From contig CM119372.1 of NCBI GenBank assembly GCA_051294905.1, forward strand, positions 16,432,001-16,496,000: a DNA stretch of 64,000 nucleotides. The letters run 5' to 3'. A program made the translations under genes and the position numbers. Origin of the DNA: Botryllus schlosseri. Its lineage: Eukaryota. Under the pieces are notes generated by a model. That model was given only the letters and a program-made list of their open reading frames with translations, searched no databases and was not told where the DNA came from. Below are positions 24,968 through 38,199 of this stretch, piece after piece (the stretch's first letter is position 1; each line of letters opens with the position of its first letter).

Positions 24968-26211
24968 CAGGCCTGTTTATTTTTGGATATTGGATTTTAT
25001 TTTTGGAGATTCTCCAAAAATAAGATTTGAAAACATCCAAAAATAAGATTTTTTTGGATGATGTTTTTCAGTGAAATAAACAAGTCAGAGCGATGTAAAC
25101 GACCAGAAAACTCATAAAAACACACAAAACAGCACCTATGTGAGGGAAGGGGTCACCGAAACGCTAAAACCACTTCCACTCAATCCACTTCACGTTTCTG
25201 CTGACCTTGCCTGCCTGCCCGCCCCTCCGCCTTTGTACTCCTATAAGTTTCACAGTGCGACATGTAGAGAAGACGGGAAGGCAGCTTGAGTGAGGCAAAG
25301 GGAACGGCGAAATCATATACAGCCACCTCTGTCACAATCACTTCGTCCACACGATGACGGGACTCATCTGCTGATGCTTCAGACGGCAACACAACTTGAT
25401 CCAGAGTAGATGGAAAGCGTGCGCCCCAAGTTTGTTGACGCTCGTTTATTGTCAATGAAGAGGGTGGCCTCTTGGTTGAATGAAAACCGTACTAAACTCA
25501 TTGATGTTATGGACGAAAACAGTCCGGCGTGTGCAACTTCGCTGCTGTGGTCCATCTGATCGTTCTCGATCGCAAGGTCACGCTCGCACATAGCTGAGCA
25601 CCACCGTCACAAAGCTTCATGGTCTTGACGTTCTGATCATGGAGTCGCATGAGCTCATGCGCCTGGTCGAACGCCTGTGTCCAGGTGAGGACTGTGACGA
25701 GGACCGCCACAAGGAAGGTCAGAGGGTGTTGGGGTGTTGGGCTGTCAAGTTCAATGAGGCACGCATGGGATGAGGTTTCAAGCGCATTACTGACGAGCGC
25801 TTTTCAGGAGCAAAGGCTTGGAAAATTGGAAAGTTTGAAGAGTTAGACATTCCTCCATTTTTGGACCCCTAACCTCGATGTTTCCCACAATTGCGACGTT
25901 CGAGGCCGAAATCTCGAAAATCAAGGGGGGGCGTCTCGCAGTGATTAATATTCTTTAGAAGGCATCCTCCAGGCCAAATACTAAATTTGTGAAGAATGTA
26001 TTGGAAAGTTAGATCAAGATCACTGATGATATCTATGTGTTGGAGGACTAGAATACATGATAATAACATAGTTTTGGTGTTTTCAGTAGTAATAGGGCTC
26101 AAAACACCTTCAATTCTTATTTTTGGAGATCCTCCAAAAATAAAATTTGAAAACATCCAAAAATAAGCTATTTTTGTTATTTTTGGAGAAATCCAAAAAT
26201 AAACAGGCCTG
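24968..26211. mobile_element. hAT-type non-autonomous element with GC-rich interior
   Basis: 21-bp TIR caggcctgtttatttttggat/atccaaaaataaacaggcctg; perfect TSD gcgatggt; subterminal tccaaaaataa repeats. Confidence 0.93.
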
Positions 26212-26332
26212 GCGATGGTGAAAAACCTGATCTGTTGTTGTTGTGGTGGTGGTATTAATGGACCCGTGAATATACTCAGCTATCGCAGATATCGCCAAAC
26301 ACCGCAATATCTGAGTAGCCTATATCCACAAT

Positions 26333-26623
26333 GATACCTGCGCACGAAACAGCGCCAGGCCTGATATCTGCGCACTATTTTACCCGGACATGCTCCAGAG
26401 CTGATAGCTGCTTGCCAAATATCCCCAGGTATGGTCCATCCCTGCTTCGTACTGCTCAGGGCCAGATATATATTTTGGAGCTGATATCTGCGCACGAAAC
26501 AGCGCCAGACATGCTTCAGACCTGATATCTGCGCACTATTCTTTATCCGGACATGCTCCAGAGGTGATAGCTGCCAAATACCAAATACCCCGAGGTATGG
26601 TCCAGACCTGATATATGCGCACT
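26333..26623. repeat. Short tandem repeat (~150-bp unit, about 2 copies, built of gatatctgcgcac motifs)
   Basis: gcgcacgaaacagcgccag and cctgatatctgcgcactatt...ccggacatgctccagag each recur. Confidence 0.8.
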
Positions 26624-27526
26624 AGGGCTCTTCAAAAATGACTTTTTTTCAAATCGTACTGGCTACTTGATAAAATTGTTAGGTTACCTAATTTAAGCCT
26701 ACACACAAAATTTAGTTCAATTCTAGCCAGTGACCGTTTTGCTACAGGAGAAGAAAGTGAAATTGTATAAAAATAAATAATAAAAAATTTGAAAATTTTC
26801 TGTTCACCCCATAAAAGTGTTAGGCTGTCTATAGAAACGATGCTCACCAAATTTGGTTCAATTCGAACCAGTGGAAGCGGAGTTAATGCCGTCGAAAAAT
26901 TTGGATTTGAATAAAATAGTATTTACGGTGAGCATAACTATAATAAATAAACAAAGAATCGGTCACCGTAAATACTATTTTATTCAAATCCAAATTTTTC
27001 GACGGCATTAACTCCGCTTCCACTGGTTGGAATTGAACCTCCCGTTGACGTTGCAGATGTGAATCATACTGCATCATACATCATACATACATCATACTAA
27101 GTTTGGTTCAATTCCAACCAGTGGAAGCGGAGTTATTGACGTCGAAAAATTTGTATTATGAATAAAATTGTATTTACTGTGACCGATTCTTTAATTATTT
27201 ATTATAATGGTGCCCACCGTAAATACTATTTTATTCAAATCCAAATTCTTCGACGGCAATAACTTCTCTTCCACTGGTTGGAATTGAACCAAATTTGATG
27301 AACATCGTTTCTATAGACAACCCAACACTTTCATGGGGTGAAGAGAAATTTTTCAAATTTTTTGTTATTTATTTTGATATGATAAATAGAAACTTTCTTC
27401 TCCTGTAGCAATGCGGCTACTGGTTGGAATTGAACCAAATTTGGTGTGTAGGCTTACATTGGGTAACCTAACAATTTTATCAAGTAGCCAGTATGATTTC
27501 AGAAAAAGTCATTTTTGAAAACCCCT
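26624..27526. mobile_element. Fold-back element with ~330-bp inverted arms and internally duplicated palindromic centre
   Basis: The left arm (ttcaaaaatgacttttt...tactggctacttgataaaattgttaggttacc) is the reverse complement of the right arm ending at 27526; ccagtggaagcggagtta / ttccactggttggaattgaacc occur twice in each orientation. Confidence 0.85.
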
Positions 27527-27735
27527 CATGTCCAGTTGTCCACATTCAAGTCGAAATACATGCAATTTCTACTAAATGAATACTACTCCGTCCTCATGAT
27601 TACCGGACACGACCTGGCCTATCGATCTCGCCTTCCGTAATATGCCACCCCACTTTTTGGCGCTTGCTTTTTACTATACCATTTTCTTTCACTTTTCATT
27701 CAGTGTGAATGCCTCATCTTTCATATCGCCTAGGC

Positions 27736-30374
27736 CAGTGGTTCTTAACCTTGTCTCCAGCGCCCCCAGGGGGCGATTTGGATTTTGAAGGGGCGGTAAC
27801 ACTCAATAAGCGAAATGGGGGGCGCTGGGCTAAGGGGGCGGTATGGGGGCGCTGAAGAAAAATGGCCTCGCAGTAGATCAGAGGTCTCAAACTCAAATGT
27901 GCTCGCGGGCCATTTTCTAATTTTTGATGACGCCGCGGGCCGCAGCATCGATAACAGGGGTATTCAAAGTATAATATCCAAGTAGGCCTAATTGGACGGC
28001 ACCTCGCAGACAGGCATTCCACAAACATTGTGAAAATGTAATTTACTGTTATACTATTCACGTTTGGCACGAAAAAAACATATCGTTGAAATAATCAGTT
28101 ATGGACATCATGCAAGAGGACGCATGATGACATCGTAAAAGCTGTCAGGTTATAATATTGCAACTAGTGGACCTTTGACCTGCCAGAATTTTAGGTAGAA
28201 TATTTTAGAATTTACTAAAGATTGATCTGATATCAGAGCATGTGAGCGGTGTAGCCTAATCGTCGTGTCTGATATAGTCGTGATAAGTCTAGGCTATTGT
28301 TATTGTCATTGTCAAAGTCAAATTAAACCACCATTAGATTTTCTTCGATTGATATTGGAACAGATCAATAACATAGATATAATTATTATTGTTACATTGT
28401 AATAGCATTGTTTCTTAACCGTTTAGCGTTTCACTAGGATTTTACGTGCCCCCTGTTCATTTTCCACGCAATTTCTTATGGTACCTATACAAAAATCAGA
28501 AAGCCAGTTCACATAAAATCGTGCGTAGCACGAAGAATATTTCCGAGTTGAATAAATTGACCCCAAAATATTCCACATCATATAGGCATATTTCCACAAT
28601 GCATCTCGTACCCCCTGATGCATCTCCCCCACGAAGGGGCTACGGACCCGATGGTTAAGAACCCCTGGAAAAGAAATGACCAATCGCCGAAGAATCCATT
28701 GGTGTTACAGCTGTGGAGCGTACCACTACCTTACTCGCGACCGATAATAACATGGATAGAGAGAACAAACAACACCCAGGATGTTACCAAACATACGTCA
28801 CGGGGGCCACAGAATGCCAATGGTTTCCATACAGACCTGATTAGTTATCTATATACCCTACGCAACGCAGCCTACGGGCTTTTGATATATTACTATTCCC
28901 CACAACAGTTCCATAGATTGTTGCGTCATTAGGATTACCAAGTCACTATTCCGACTTTCCGAGACGCAAGTCCTTCTCTGATTTTAACGCTTGACCCGAC
29001 TCAACTCGAGTCAGTATTAGTTTATCACCCACTCAATCCAAAATTGAGTAAATTGACGAAAGGTTGCACCATACAAAATCACAATTTTCAGTCATGAATC
29101 ATCAACAGGTCATGTTTTATCATCATAAACCTGAAATGTGAAGTAATAGCGATTTTACCGCATGATAGATTTTAGAAGTGATGTGATGGTGAAGTATGTT
29201 TATATTTCAGGTTTCTGTAGTAGTTATAGAGTGAACTTCAAGTTCTTAAATCTAAAATAGATATATGACACTTGAATATATTGTCGAATACTTGAAATTC
29301 CCAAATGTCTTCGCGGGCCGCACAAAATGTTCTCGCGGGCCGCGTGTTTGAGACCTCTGCAGCAGTAGATGGTGTAGTAACGACATATGATTATATATAG
29401 TAGAACAATCGTTCTGTATATCCCTGAGTTCTCATTGCAACTGACATTCGACAAAATCTGTCGAATCGCAACGTATTTCGTTGCGCTCATCGCGAAATAT
29501 GCACCAACGATGTTTCCATGAAAGCAGTGAATTTGACGTACTTTTGGATTGCCAATTGCCCGTTAAAACACTCCCGTCACGCTAGCTACTCCAAGTCGTT
29601 TCGACACCTTCCTATCTTTTCATTGTATCGCAGTTTTGTGGTGTTTTGAAATGATGAAAATATTATTAAACGGATACTTAAACTGATAGCTCGGGTCATT
29701 TTCCACAAAATGCTTTGAACTAGATGTTGTATTCTGCACTCTGCAGCACACTGCGTGTCGATGTCGAAAAGGCACTGTAGGCTACTCTACAACTTTTGAG
29801 AGTGATGCCCTTTGTACATTGAAGATGTTTTGAAGATTTTTGGCCGAAATAAATGACTAAATATACTTGTATTTGAGAGCTACAAATTAAATCCTCAGAA
29901 TAGTTCTTCATCGTATCATATAGAATGATACTGCTTAGTGTTGTTACCTTCATTCAGGTTAAAGTTAAGAGCTTGGTGCAGTAATAAATTTAATATGAGC
30001 AACGACCTCTACCACATTCTCAGTTGATTTTAGTAGTCACACAAAGCAATGTAACAACGAATCCCAATACAATTACCTTCCTCGTATTGCCAATCGCAGA
30101 GGAGAATTCGGGATGTCACATTGATCTAGAAAAAAATGCTACGAGCCCGTAGGCCTTACCCTATGGTTGTTATAACAACCCGGATTTGATCCCGAAAATA
30201 GCACATACAAATATACCATAAATTAGTCAAGAGGTCTAATATTGAAGTCCCAACCAAAAACCGGACTTCGACCACCTACCCATTGTTTTTTACTCAGTCC
30301 TTATAATAGGGGCGCGCCAGACCCAGGCAATTTTTGAAAGGGGCGCTGGAGAAAAAAAAGGTTAAAAACCACTG
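27736..30374. mobile_element. hAT-type element (cagtggttcttaacc, gggggcg-rich) containing nested MITE 27879-29359
   Basis: TIR cagtggttcttaacc/ggttaaaaaccactg; perfect TSD gcctaggc. Confidence 0.9.
27879..29359. mobile_element. hAT-type MITE, inverted relative of 18064-19258
   Basis: TIR cagaggtctcaaac/gtttgagacctctg; cagtagat on both sides (3 extra nt on the right). Confidence 0.88.
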
Positions 30375-31353
30375 GCCTAGGCCAAGGTGGGTGTCTGCTC
30401 CAAAGACCACTCTGTGTCGTTTCGACACCTTCATATCTTTTCATTGTATTGCAATTTTGTGGTGTATTGAACTGATTAAAAATTGCTAATAAACCGAACT
30501 GAACTGAATCACCTCATGCCAAGTTGTACGGAGACACCTCATTCCGCGGTCCAAAAGTATATTGCTTGATATATTTAAAAAGATAGCGACCATGAACAAC
30601 AGAAAAGGATACAAAATGATTGATATATTAAAACAATAGCGACCATGAACAACAGAAAAGGATACAATATGATTAATGGAGAGGAGAGATGAAGGCCTTT
30701 GAAAATGAAGCCTTGGAGTACATTGTCGGTTATACTTTAAAGAAAGCATTTTGCCGCTTTCCACTATAATCACTGTGAAAACTCTGTGTTCTGGTGAGTT
30801 ACCTAGGTAATCATCCCTGTTATTTATGATGGAGAGGAAGGCAGGGTCGCTAAAATATCCATCTGAAGAGTACATGTATTATATGCAGCATGTATATCTG
30901 AAATTTTCAAAGGAAACTAGCAGAGCGGCTGTGAATATCCAATTTGATAGTGTAACCCATGATGTCCTAAGTGGTCAATTTTATGAGTCCATGGTACACC
31001 ATGTCTGCGATATGAGTGGTGAGGATTCAGTTGAGACCGATATAAGGGGTCTGTTCTGTTACGTCACCAAATTGATACGACTATTTTCACATAGTTTTGC
31101 AAAGAAATTATTCGAAAGGATGCATCAACGTGTGGTCACTGGTGCTGTATCTCTCCGTAGTCAGCTTTCTAATAGTCAGCTCAACGATTCGCGTCAGCTG
31201 TTCAGCGAAAATGAATTGCGTAATGCTTCTGTTGGTAAACATGGTCGTAGATTTCAGCCGCATGTAATTCGGTGGACTATTGAGCTCTTTTCGAGATCCC
31301 CATCAGCATACAAATATGTGCAAGAAACCAAAATAGTGACAATGTCATCTTAA

Positions 31354-31842
31354 AGGGGCACTGCGCTCTAAAACTGATGTGGTCTCAAATTGAAGGGCGA
31401 AACGAAAGAAAAATTTTGGCCGCAGCCGTTCTCTTCAGAACGCCACAGTAATGGAGCTGTAATGTATTGAAATTTCCAGAGTTGCAGCACGCTCCAGCAG
31501 TCACGCAGAGATCAAACTTTATATAGTTGTCAGCCGATGTTATGAAGGAAATATGTCGTACACGCCAAGGTGGTTTAGATACCGCGTTCAACGGAAGATG
31601 TCCAGTCAGGAGATTTATGTCAAAATCGGGCCTAGTGTATTCTATTTCCTTCATAACATGGGCTGACAACTATATAAAGTTCGATCTCTGCGTGACTGCT
31701 GGAGCGTGCTGCAACTCTGGAAATTTCAATACATTACAGCTCCATTACGGTGGCGTTCTAACGAAAACGGCTGCGGCCAAAATTTTTCTTTCGTTTTGCC
31801 CTTCAATTTGAGACCACGTCATTTTTAGAGCGCAGTGCCCCT
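31354..31842. mobile_element. Palindromic MITE with ~200-bp arms and TTAA TSD (Kolobok-like termini)
   Basis: ttaa|aggggcactgcgctctaaaa...ttttagagcgcagtgcccct|ttaa; near-perfect arms around a ~90-bp spacer. Confidence 0.9.
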
Positions 31843-31874
31843 TTAAAGAACCATACAAAATTACAGGTGACTAC

Positions 31875-32850
31875 TAGGGATGGTGCGAACGTGAGGTTCA
31901 CGTTCGCGTTCTGTGTGTGAACCTCAGATATTTAGAGGTTCACGCTCACAAATGAACCTCGGTAGGTTCTGCACTGTGAACCTTTTTCATGTATTACAAT
32001 TTTCACTTCATTATAACATATTTGGTTGGAATTTATTGCATTTCAACTGCGGGCCACCTCTATGCGGTGCTGGAAGCATAAAAAAATCAACACTAAACGA
32101 GCATGCATCTCGAACATCTCAAAAATTTTACTTGCTTTGTTACAAACGTTTGCTCGAAATATCCAGCTTTCCGTTTGTGAATATATAATGACTCTCTGCT
32201 GCGAGCTTGACCCGCAATCACACAACATCAAGAGCGAAATACACTATATAGATAGTCAGCGAATGATGTTTATTCAGATATTAAACCAATAACAGCATGC
32301 AACAAAGTGACTAGTAACAATTGGCCCACCGAAGGCCCATCATCATTCATTACTTGCCCCAAACTTTCGAAAACACCCCCTCCATCAACTTTACCAGTGA
32401 ATCTGCTCACATGGGCTAAGAAAGGATAAATGTTTGATGGTAATATGTAAAACTACTAATATTAATGACGAGTCTTAATTGAATCTGAAAAAATTTTCGC
32501 GCTTTGCACGACTATGAACAGTCCCATTACATGACTTGACCTCGCAGTCACCACACGCGATTTTGGTGCGTATAGTAAGCCTATAGCGATCAAAAAGATT
32601 AGTCCGGAGTTCACCGGAAATGGTCACCGACACTTTAACATGGGTATTTGGCGTCCAGCTAGTTCATTGCGACTATGCCCCGGAATGCGGCCGTAGGGTA
32701 CATCAGTAGTCGAATTGCGGCCGTGAACGGCAAAAAGGTTGGCCACCCCTGATATAGGCTATCACTTCACTGAAATGAACGGTTGGAATTAGCAATATGA
32801 CGTCACTAGACGTCATGGGGTTCACGTTCGCGTTCACACAGAACCTTTAG
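31875..32850. mobile_element. Inverted, rearranged copy of the 35154-36148 MITE family
   Basis: Starts tagggatggtgcgaacgtgaggttcacgttcgcgttc, the reverse complement of the 36148 end. Confidence 0.8.
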
Positions 32851-34356
32851 TGACGTGAGAATTAGGTGGTGAAAGGTGGAAGACTAATTGGGTTTGTGGA
32901 TTCTCCATTCAGTGAGAAATGTGAAATTGCAAGTCAAATACTGGGTAATTTATGATATATATCATGCGTCAACAATAACAATTAAATCAAGCTCAAACAT
33001 CAGAGTGAACTACGTCCGTACTATACGAAAAGAAATCACATTACCTATGGCATGGTACCCGTCTCATGCCCTGACGCCTGGGGATTTGGCATTCTACTTC
33101 TGGGACGTCCTGTATGAATGCGAAGCACGAGGCTTAAATATACATGTGGTGGTAGCTGATGGGTTGTCGGTAAACCGAAGTTTCTTCAAACTGATTGCTT
33201 CGGTGCAAAAGATTCCCCTCGAAGGCTTCTTTACCGCACCAAATCCTTATGCAGCAGATCGTCCAATATTCCTATGCTCTGATCCTCCACGTCTCATTGA
33301 GGTCTGTAATGCGTAGATCATGGATTCAGTTGATTAAATGATTCAACTTCATTCAGACGACCAGGAACTCACTTTTCTGTTCCAAGCCAGGTGGCTCGAG
33401 ATATATGAATCTGCAGGGGAAAGACATTTTGTGGGGGGATATAGTGAAACTTTATGAGCTGGAACGATCGAGTATCGCGCTTTCCCAGTCAGGAATTACC
33501 CAGGCCCATGTAAAGTTGAACCCGAGAACCAAAGTAATCTGGTGCAGTTGTATATAATCACTAGAGTAGTTGACAAGCGCCTTTCCATATAATTCCAGAC
33601 GAATGTAGGGCTCATTTCAATTTGAATACACTATTCTATTGCAGATGTATGCCAAATAACGCTGGCAAAATCATCAGAAATATCTTCAGAGGTCACTACG
33701 TTGCATTTTGAATATTCCCGATTTCACAATAACATTCAACAATAAATCCGGCAGTACTATAGTATGAATACTTAGTTACTTCCTGAAATTGGCATATACC
33801 GGTGGAAACGAAATTGAAGTGAATTACAAGGGCTAATAACATCACCATATCTACATACTAAAATGCTGCACGACACCCGCCAAGTGCTCAGCGTAACTGC
33901 TTGCCCAAGCGTGACTGCGGGAGCTGAGTATCTATCCGCATCCGCAGGTTGGTAATCTACATTCGGTCACTTCGGTGTGAAGTAGCAGGTAGTTGGCATT
34001 GTATCTGTAGGCTTGAGGTGGATGTATCCTGTCGGAATCTATGTTCAGATAGATTGGCTGGGGCATGGAAAGATCATGGGCGATGCTGCGCTAGCAGCTA
34101 GGTAGTGATATTGTCCCGTAGTTAGTCCCTCGCCTGTAGATGGCAAGGCTGCTGCTGGTGTAGGTTTAGGCCTATCTGTCGGAATATGGTTTGTATGTGC
34201 TTGTGTGTTGTGTGTAGGCCTGTGTCACGTATAGGTATAGGTCGTATGTTTCCGTTATCAGTTTGTTTGTATGTGTCGCTATGTATTTTGAGTATATTAG
34301 TTTAGTATGAAACGCCGTTTTGAGTACTGTGCCGTGGAATACAATCTTATTATAAC

Positions 34357-34870
34357 TAGGGCTGGGCACAATGATTCGAGTACCCGAATCTGAATCGAGT
34401 ATAAATTTTAATGATTCGAGTCGAGTAGTAAAAGACGATTTTTTCGAGTACTGAAATTATACCCTCCTCGCCACTGAAAGTTGATTTATCAACGAGGATT
34501 ACAGTTTATACTAATTCCACTGTTGAAGCCTTGAAACCTTGATTGGCCGTATCGTAGCATACGAAACATGAAGTACAAAGCTACGAACGTTACCGGAAAT
34601 AGCATATTTCCGAAGTCATGATCATCCCACAATATTGTCGCCAAGTGCAATGAAATCGGTATGGTCGGAAAAATACCAAAGTATCCTTAATATGATGGAT
34701 AACAGGCATTATATTCTTTGTGGTCGCTTAAAAGGTACATATATGAACTTTGACAAATTACATTCCGATATGACGTCATAATGCGTGATACTCGATTACT
34801 CGACTCGACTCGAAGCATTTTACGTGATTCAGAATCGAGTCACTCAGGTACTCGATTTTGCCCAGCCCTA
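34357..34870. mobile_element. hAT-type MITE (tagggctgggc family)
   Basis: TIR tagggctgggca/tgcccagcccta; perfect TSD attataac. Confidence 0.92.
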
Positions 34871-35153
34871 ATTATAACCGTATGGACTCGTGTACCGTGT
34901 TGGGCGTTTCCGTTTCGTGTAAGGAGCGCGGAACAGGCGGAGACGAGGTCCCGAGCCCAGAAACACACCAGCTTCCCTGTTAGGTGGCCTACGTAACGCC
35001 GTATCAGGGTCACTACACTTGTTTCTTTCGTGAAATATTGATTGCAGCAATATACGTGAGCAATGTTTTAAGAAAGCTAAATTTTCTTTGGGATAGGGAA
35101 TGTTCAAATGTGGCATCATAAGACCTTTACCTGCACTTTGTATTACTAGCTTG

Positions 35154-36148
35154 TAGGGATGGTGTGAACCTCTGAAAGGTTCAGGTTCGTGTGAACGCGA
35201 ACCTTTTTGAAAGGTTCTGCGTGAACACGAACGTGAACCTCGTGACGTCACGTGACGTCATATTGCTAATTCCGACCCTATCTTTCAATGAAGTGATAGC
35301 CTATGCCCTATATTAATGTACACGATACCTAGCGAAGACTCGGTCCACATAATGCCACAATGCTGAAGTACATATCGGCGTTTTAAACGTCGCTAAATGT
35401 ATCAACCGCGGTAATCAAAGGATACGATAATTGAATAAAATACATTCCGTCGCTTGCCAACAATTTCGATGAGGACTTACCAAGGAATATAAGCTTACGC
35501 GTTAACGGTCTTAGCCAGACCGGACAATGTGTTCGGAGTCTGAGTATTGCTACATTGATATTGAGCTGAGTGTACAACGGGTTTCTATACTAGCTACCAA
35601 TACCACAAACAACAACAAGTTATGCAGCAGTAGCAAGCACCTTAATCGCACGGATTTGGTTTTAATGATACCGTAAAGATATGAAGTCAAGATTGACCCC
35701 GTACGCCCGTTCGATTTTTGACATCAGAAGACGATATCAATGTCATTGATTGGTTGAATAAGCAACATTCGCTGACTAGGTATATCGCTCGTGATGTTGT
35801 GTGATTGCGGGTCACGCTCACAGCAGAGAGTCACTAAATATTCAGAAACGGAAAGCTGGATATTCCGAGAAAATTTTTGCAACAAAGCAAGTAAAACTTT
35901 TAAGGTTGTCGAGGAGCATGGTGCATGCTCGTTTAGTGTTGATTTTTTACCAGCACCATGCATGGAGTGGCCTGCAGTTGAAATGCAATAAATTTGAGCC
36001 AACGATCTTATAATGGAATGAAAATTACAATTTACCAAAAGGTTCACAGTGCAGAACCTACCAAGGTTCTGTTGTGAACGCGAACCTCTAAATTTCCGAG
36101 GTTCACACACAGAACGCGAACGTGAACCTCACGTTCACACCATCCCTA
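35154..36148. mobile_element. hAT-type MITE (gtgaacgcgaac family), full length
   Basis: TIR tagggatggtgtgaac/gttcacaccatcccta; perfect TSD ctagcttg. Confidence 0.94.
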
Positions 36149-36211
36149 CTAGCTTGTTGTGCTGTCCGAACCATTTTTATATTGAACTATAATTATATGG
36201 CTCTGTGAGTT

Positions 36212-36360
36212 CGGCGAGATAGCGTTGTGGTATAATCCCCAGCTGCATCACCAATCGGTTGTGGGTTCGAGTCCGACCGAGGTCGAATTCAGAGTTCCTA
36301 CCCAAGTGCTGGAGGTTTACGTAGGCTCCTCCACACCGTCTCACCCGCGAAAGTGGTGGC
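36212..36360 (+). mobile_element. 5' half of tRNA-derived SINE family 2
   Basis: ggcgagatagcgttgtggtataatcc...ggttcgagtccgaccgaggtcga matches 24436-24711. Confidence 0.82.
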
Positions 36361-37668
36361 TTTCCTTACTGTTACCTTGACCACAGAGAAAGTCAATATT
36401 TTACTGCTACTTCATGTATATTTGGCATTGATTGGAACTACTTACTTTTACCTAGGTATAACATTCGTGATGTTTCTTCTACTTAAGCAATATTAATAAT
36501 GTTTGGAGGATTATACATCATCAGATATAGTAACCGATACTAAATATACATCACCACAGAGTTGTTTGTCAGATATTTTTCGTATTTGCGGAATTCATTC
36601 TTCGTCATTCTTCTTACGTCGTCAACCGTACCGACACCTGATCAAAACCACAATCAGCAGAGTACACTGCATTCAGACTGTGCCATTCGCGATAAATAAT
36701 ATAAAAAATACAGAAATACGTATGCAACGTATTGACTAACACTTTACAGTAGGGTTGCCATATTTTGGAATCGGGAAAGGAGGACACTTTTTCAAAATGT
36801 TCAAACTCAGAATACCGGTGGAAAAATCCGGAAAAATGGTAAGTTTTCCCCACTTCGTGGTCGGTCGACTAAAATAAAGGTCACTTTCTAGCCTTCAGAA
36901 AGATACTTTTTCTTGCACATTGTCCGCTGGTTGACTAAAAAAAGGTCAACTTTCCGTCTCAACTCCAGAAATAAAGTTTTTCTCTCACACTTTGCGTTGG
37001 TTGACTAAAACAAATAAAGGTCGTAACTTTCGTTCGAACCACGAATTTCATGTTTAGAGTCATTTTTACCCATTCTCACTCGAATCTACCCACTATCTTA
37101 TCTCTAAAAGCTGTAAAGGAGGACATTTTGGCATCCTCGGAGGACATTTTGAAAAACCCGAAAAAGGAGGACGTATGGTATAACCATATTTTACACTTTA
37201 CAGTAGTGTTTAAAACGCGGTCGGCGCCTACGATAGGTATCGTAAGTCGCGACACGACTCCATGTCAAGTATAGGCAGTACTGAAATCGCGCTTCGTAAG
37301 CCTCCCAAAACACTTGGTTTTTCGCTAGGCCACCATAGGAGTATCAGCAGAACTTCTGGGGGCGAAGCAGCCCCATTTTCTAATACGAACTATCTCATTT
37401 CAACACTCTCTTTTATGCGTACGATTCAAATAAACTTAGACGTTCTCCAAGGCGACGGAAAAGGTAATGGTAAACTTCAAATTGAATGTCGGTGGCCGTC
37501 ACCACATGCTAATATAATAAGTTGGGACGACCGCACATTTCTTCTTCTGCGGCTGCACTGTCGCTGGTTGACCACCCCTGGATTAGTAACGATGAAAATT
37601 ATTCACATCAATCGAAAACAGAAAAGAATAAAAAGCAACGAGAAGCAGACGATTATGCACTATACTTC

Positions 37669-37836
37669 TGTAATTGAAGATGTATTTATTCAAAAGTAGA
37701 AAACAACGACAACAACAACTCACACGGCACGTCTACGTTCCCCACAACTCTCACGCTTCCCCGAACACGACCAAAGGCCGCCGCCATGAACTACTTAGTA
37801 TGCGATGGTTCACATGACGCACATCACAATACCACA
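37669..37836 (-). mobile_element. Solo LTR, 168 bp
   Basis: TGT...ACA termini, perfect 5-bp TSD acttc (37664-37668, 37837-37841), AATAAA on the minus strand near 37685. Confidence 0.75.
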
Positions 37837-38199
37837 ACTTCCTAAATCGTAATCACACACCCCATCATTTCGTGATGATGCTCACATCGACATCTACTTT
37901 GGCGCGATTTTGCTGATACCCTGGAACAATTGTTCGATCATGCATCTATATCGCGTGCAAGGCATCTTAACATCTGTAAGGAATGGCGTCAGTGACGAAT
38001 AGGAGCTACGGTACAATGCAGCATGCGCGGCAAAGTCATAAATCCAAATTGCGTAAATAGGATATTGATTCAGGTTAAGCATCAGGATATCTAGATATCC
38101 CTGAGTAAGCATGCACTAAAATCCCATACCTAAGTAACGCAAACCAAATTATATGCCATTTGCCATTCGAAAGAAATATTCGGGTAATGGTACCATGAC

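Larger units (their letters stand above)
30710..33533 (+). pseudogene. Decayed, intron-containing P-element/THAP9-type transposase
   Basis: GRRFQPHVIRWTIELFSRSPSAYKYV (P-transposase N-terminal motif); GLNIHVVVADGLSVNRSFF...NPY...RPIFLCSDPPRLIE (RNase H-like core); a GT-AG intron at 33302-33356 then TTRN...ILWGDIVKLYE...ITQAHVKLNPRTK (GTP-binding insertion). Interrupted by a stop and two insertions. Confidence 0.82.

Noticed and set aside
31385..31811. Two similar 94-aa ORFs on opposite strands
   Set aside because: Mirror products of the palindromic MITE.
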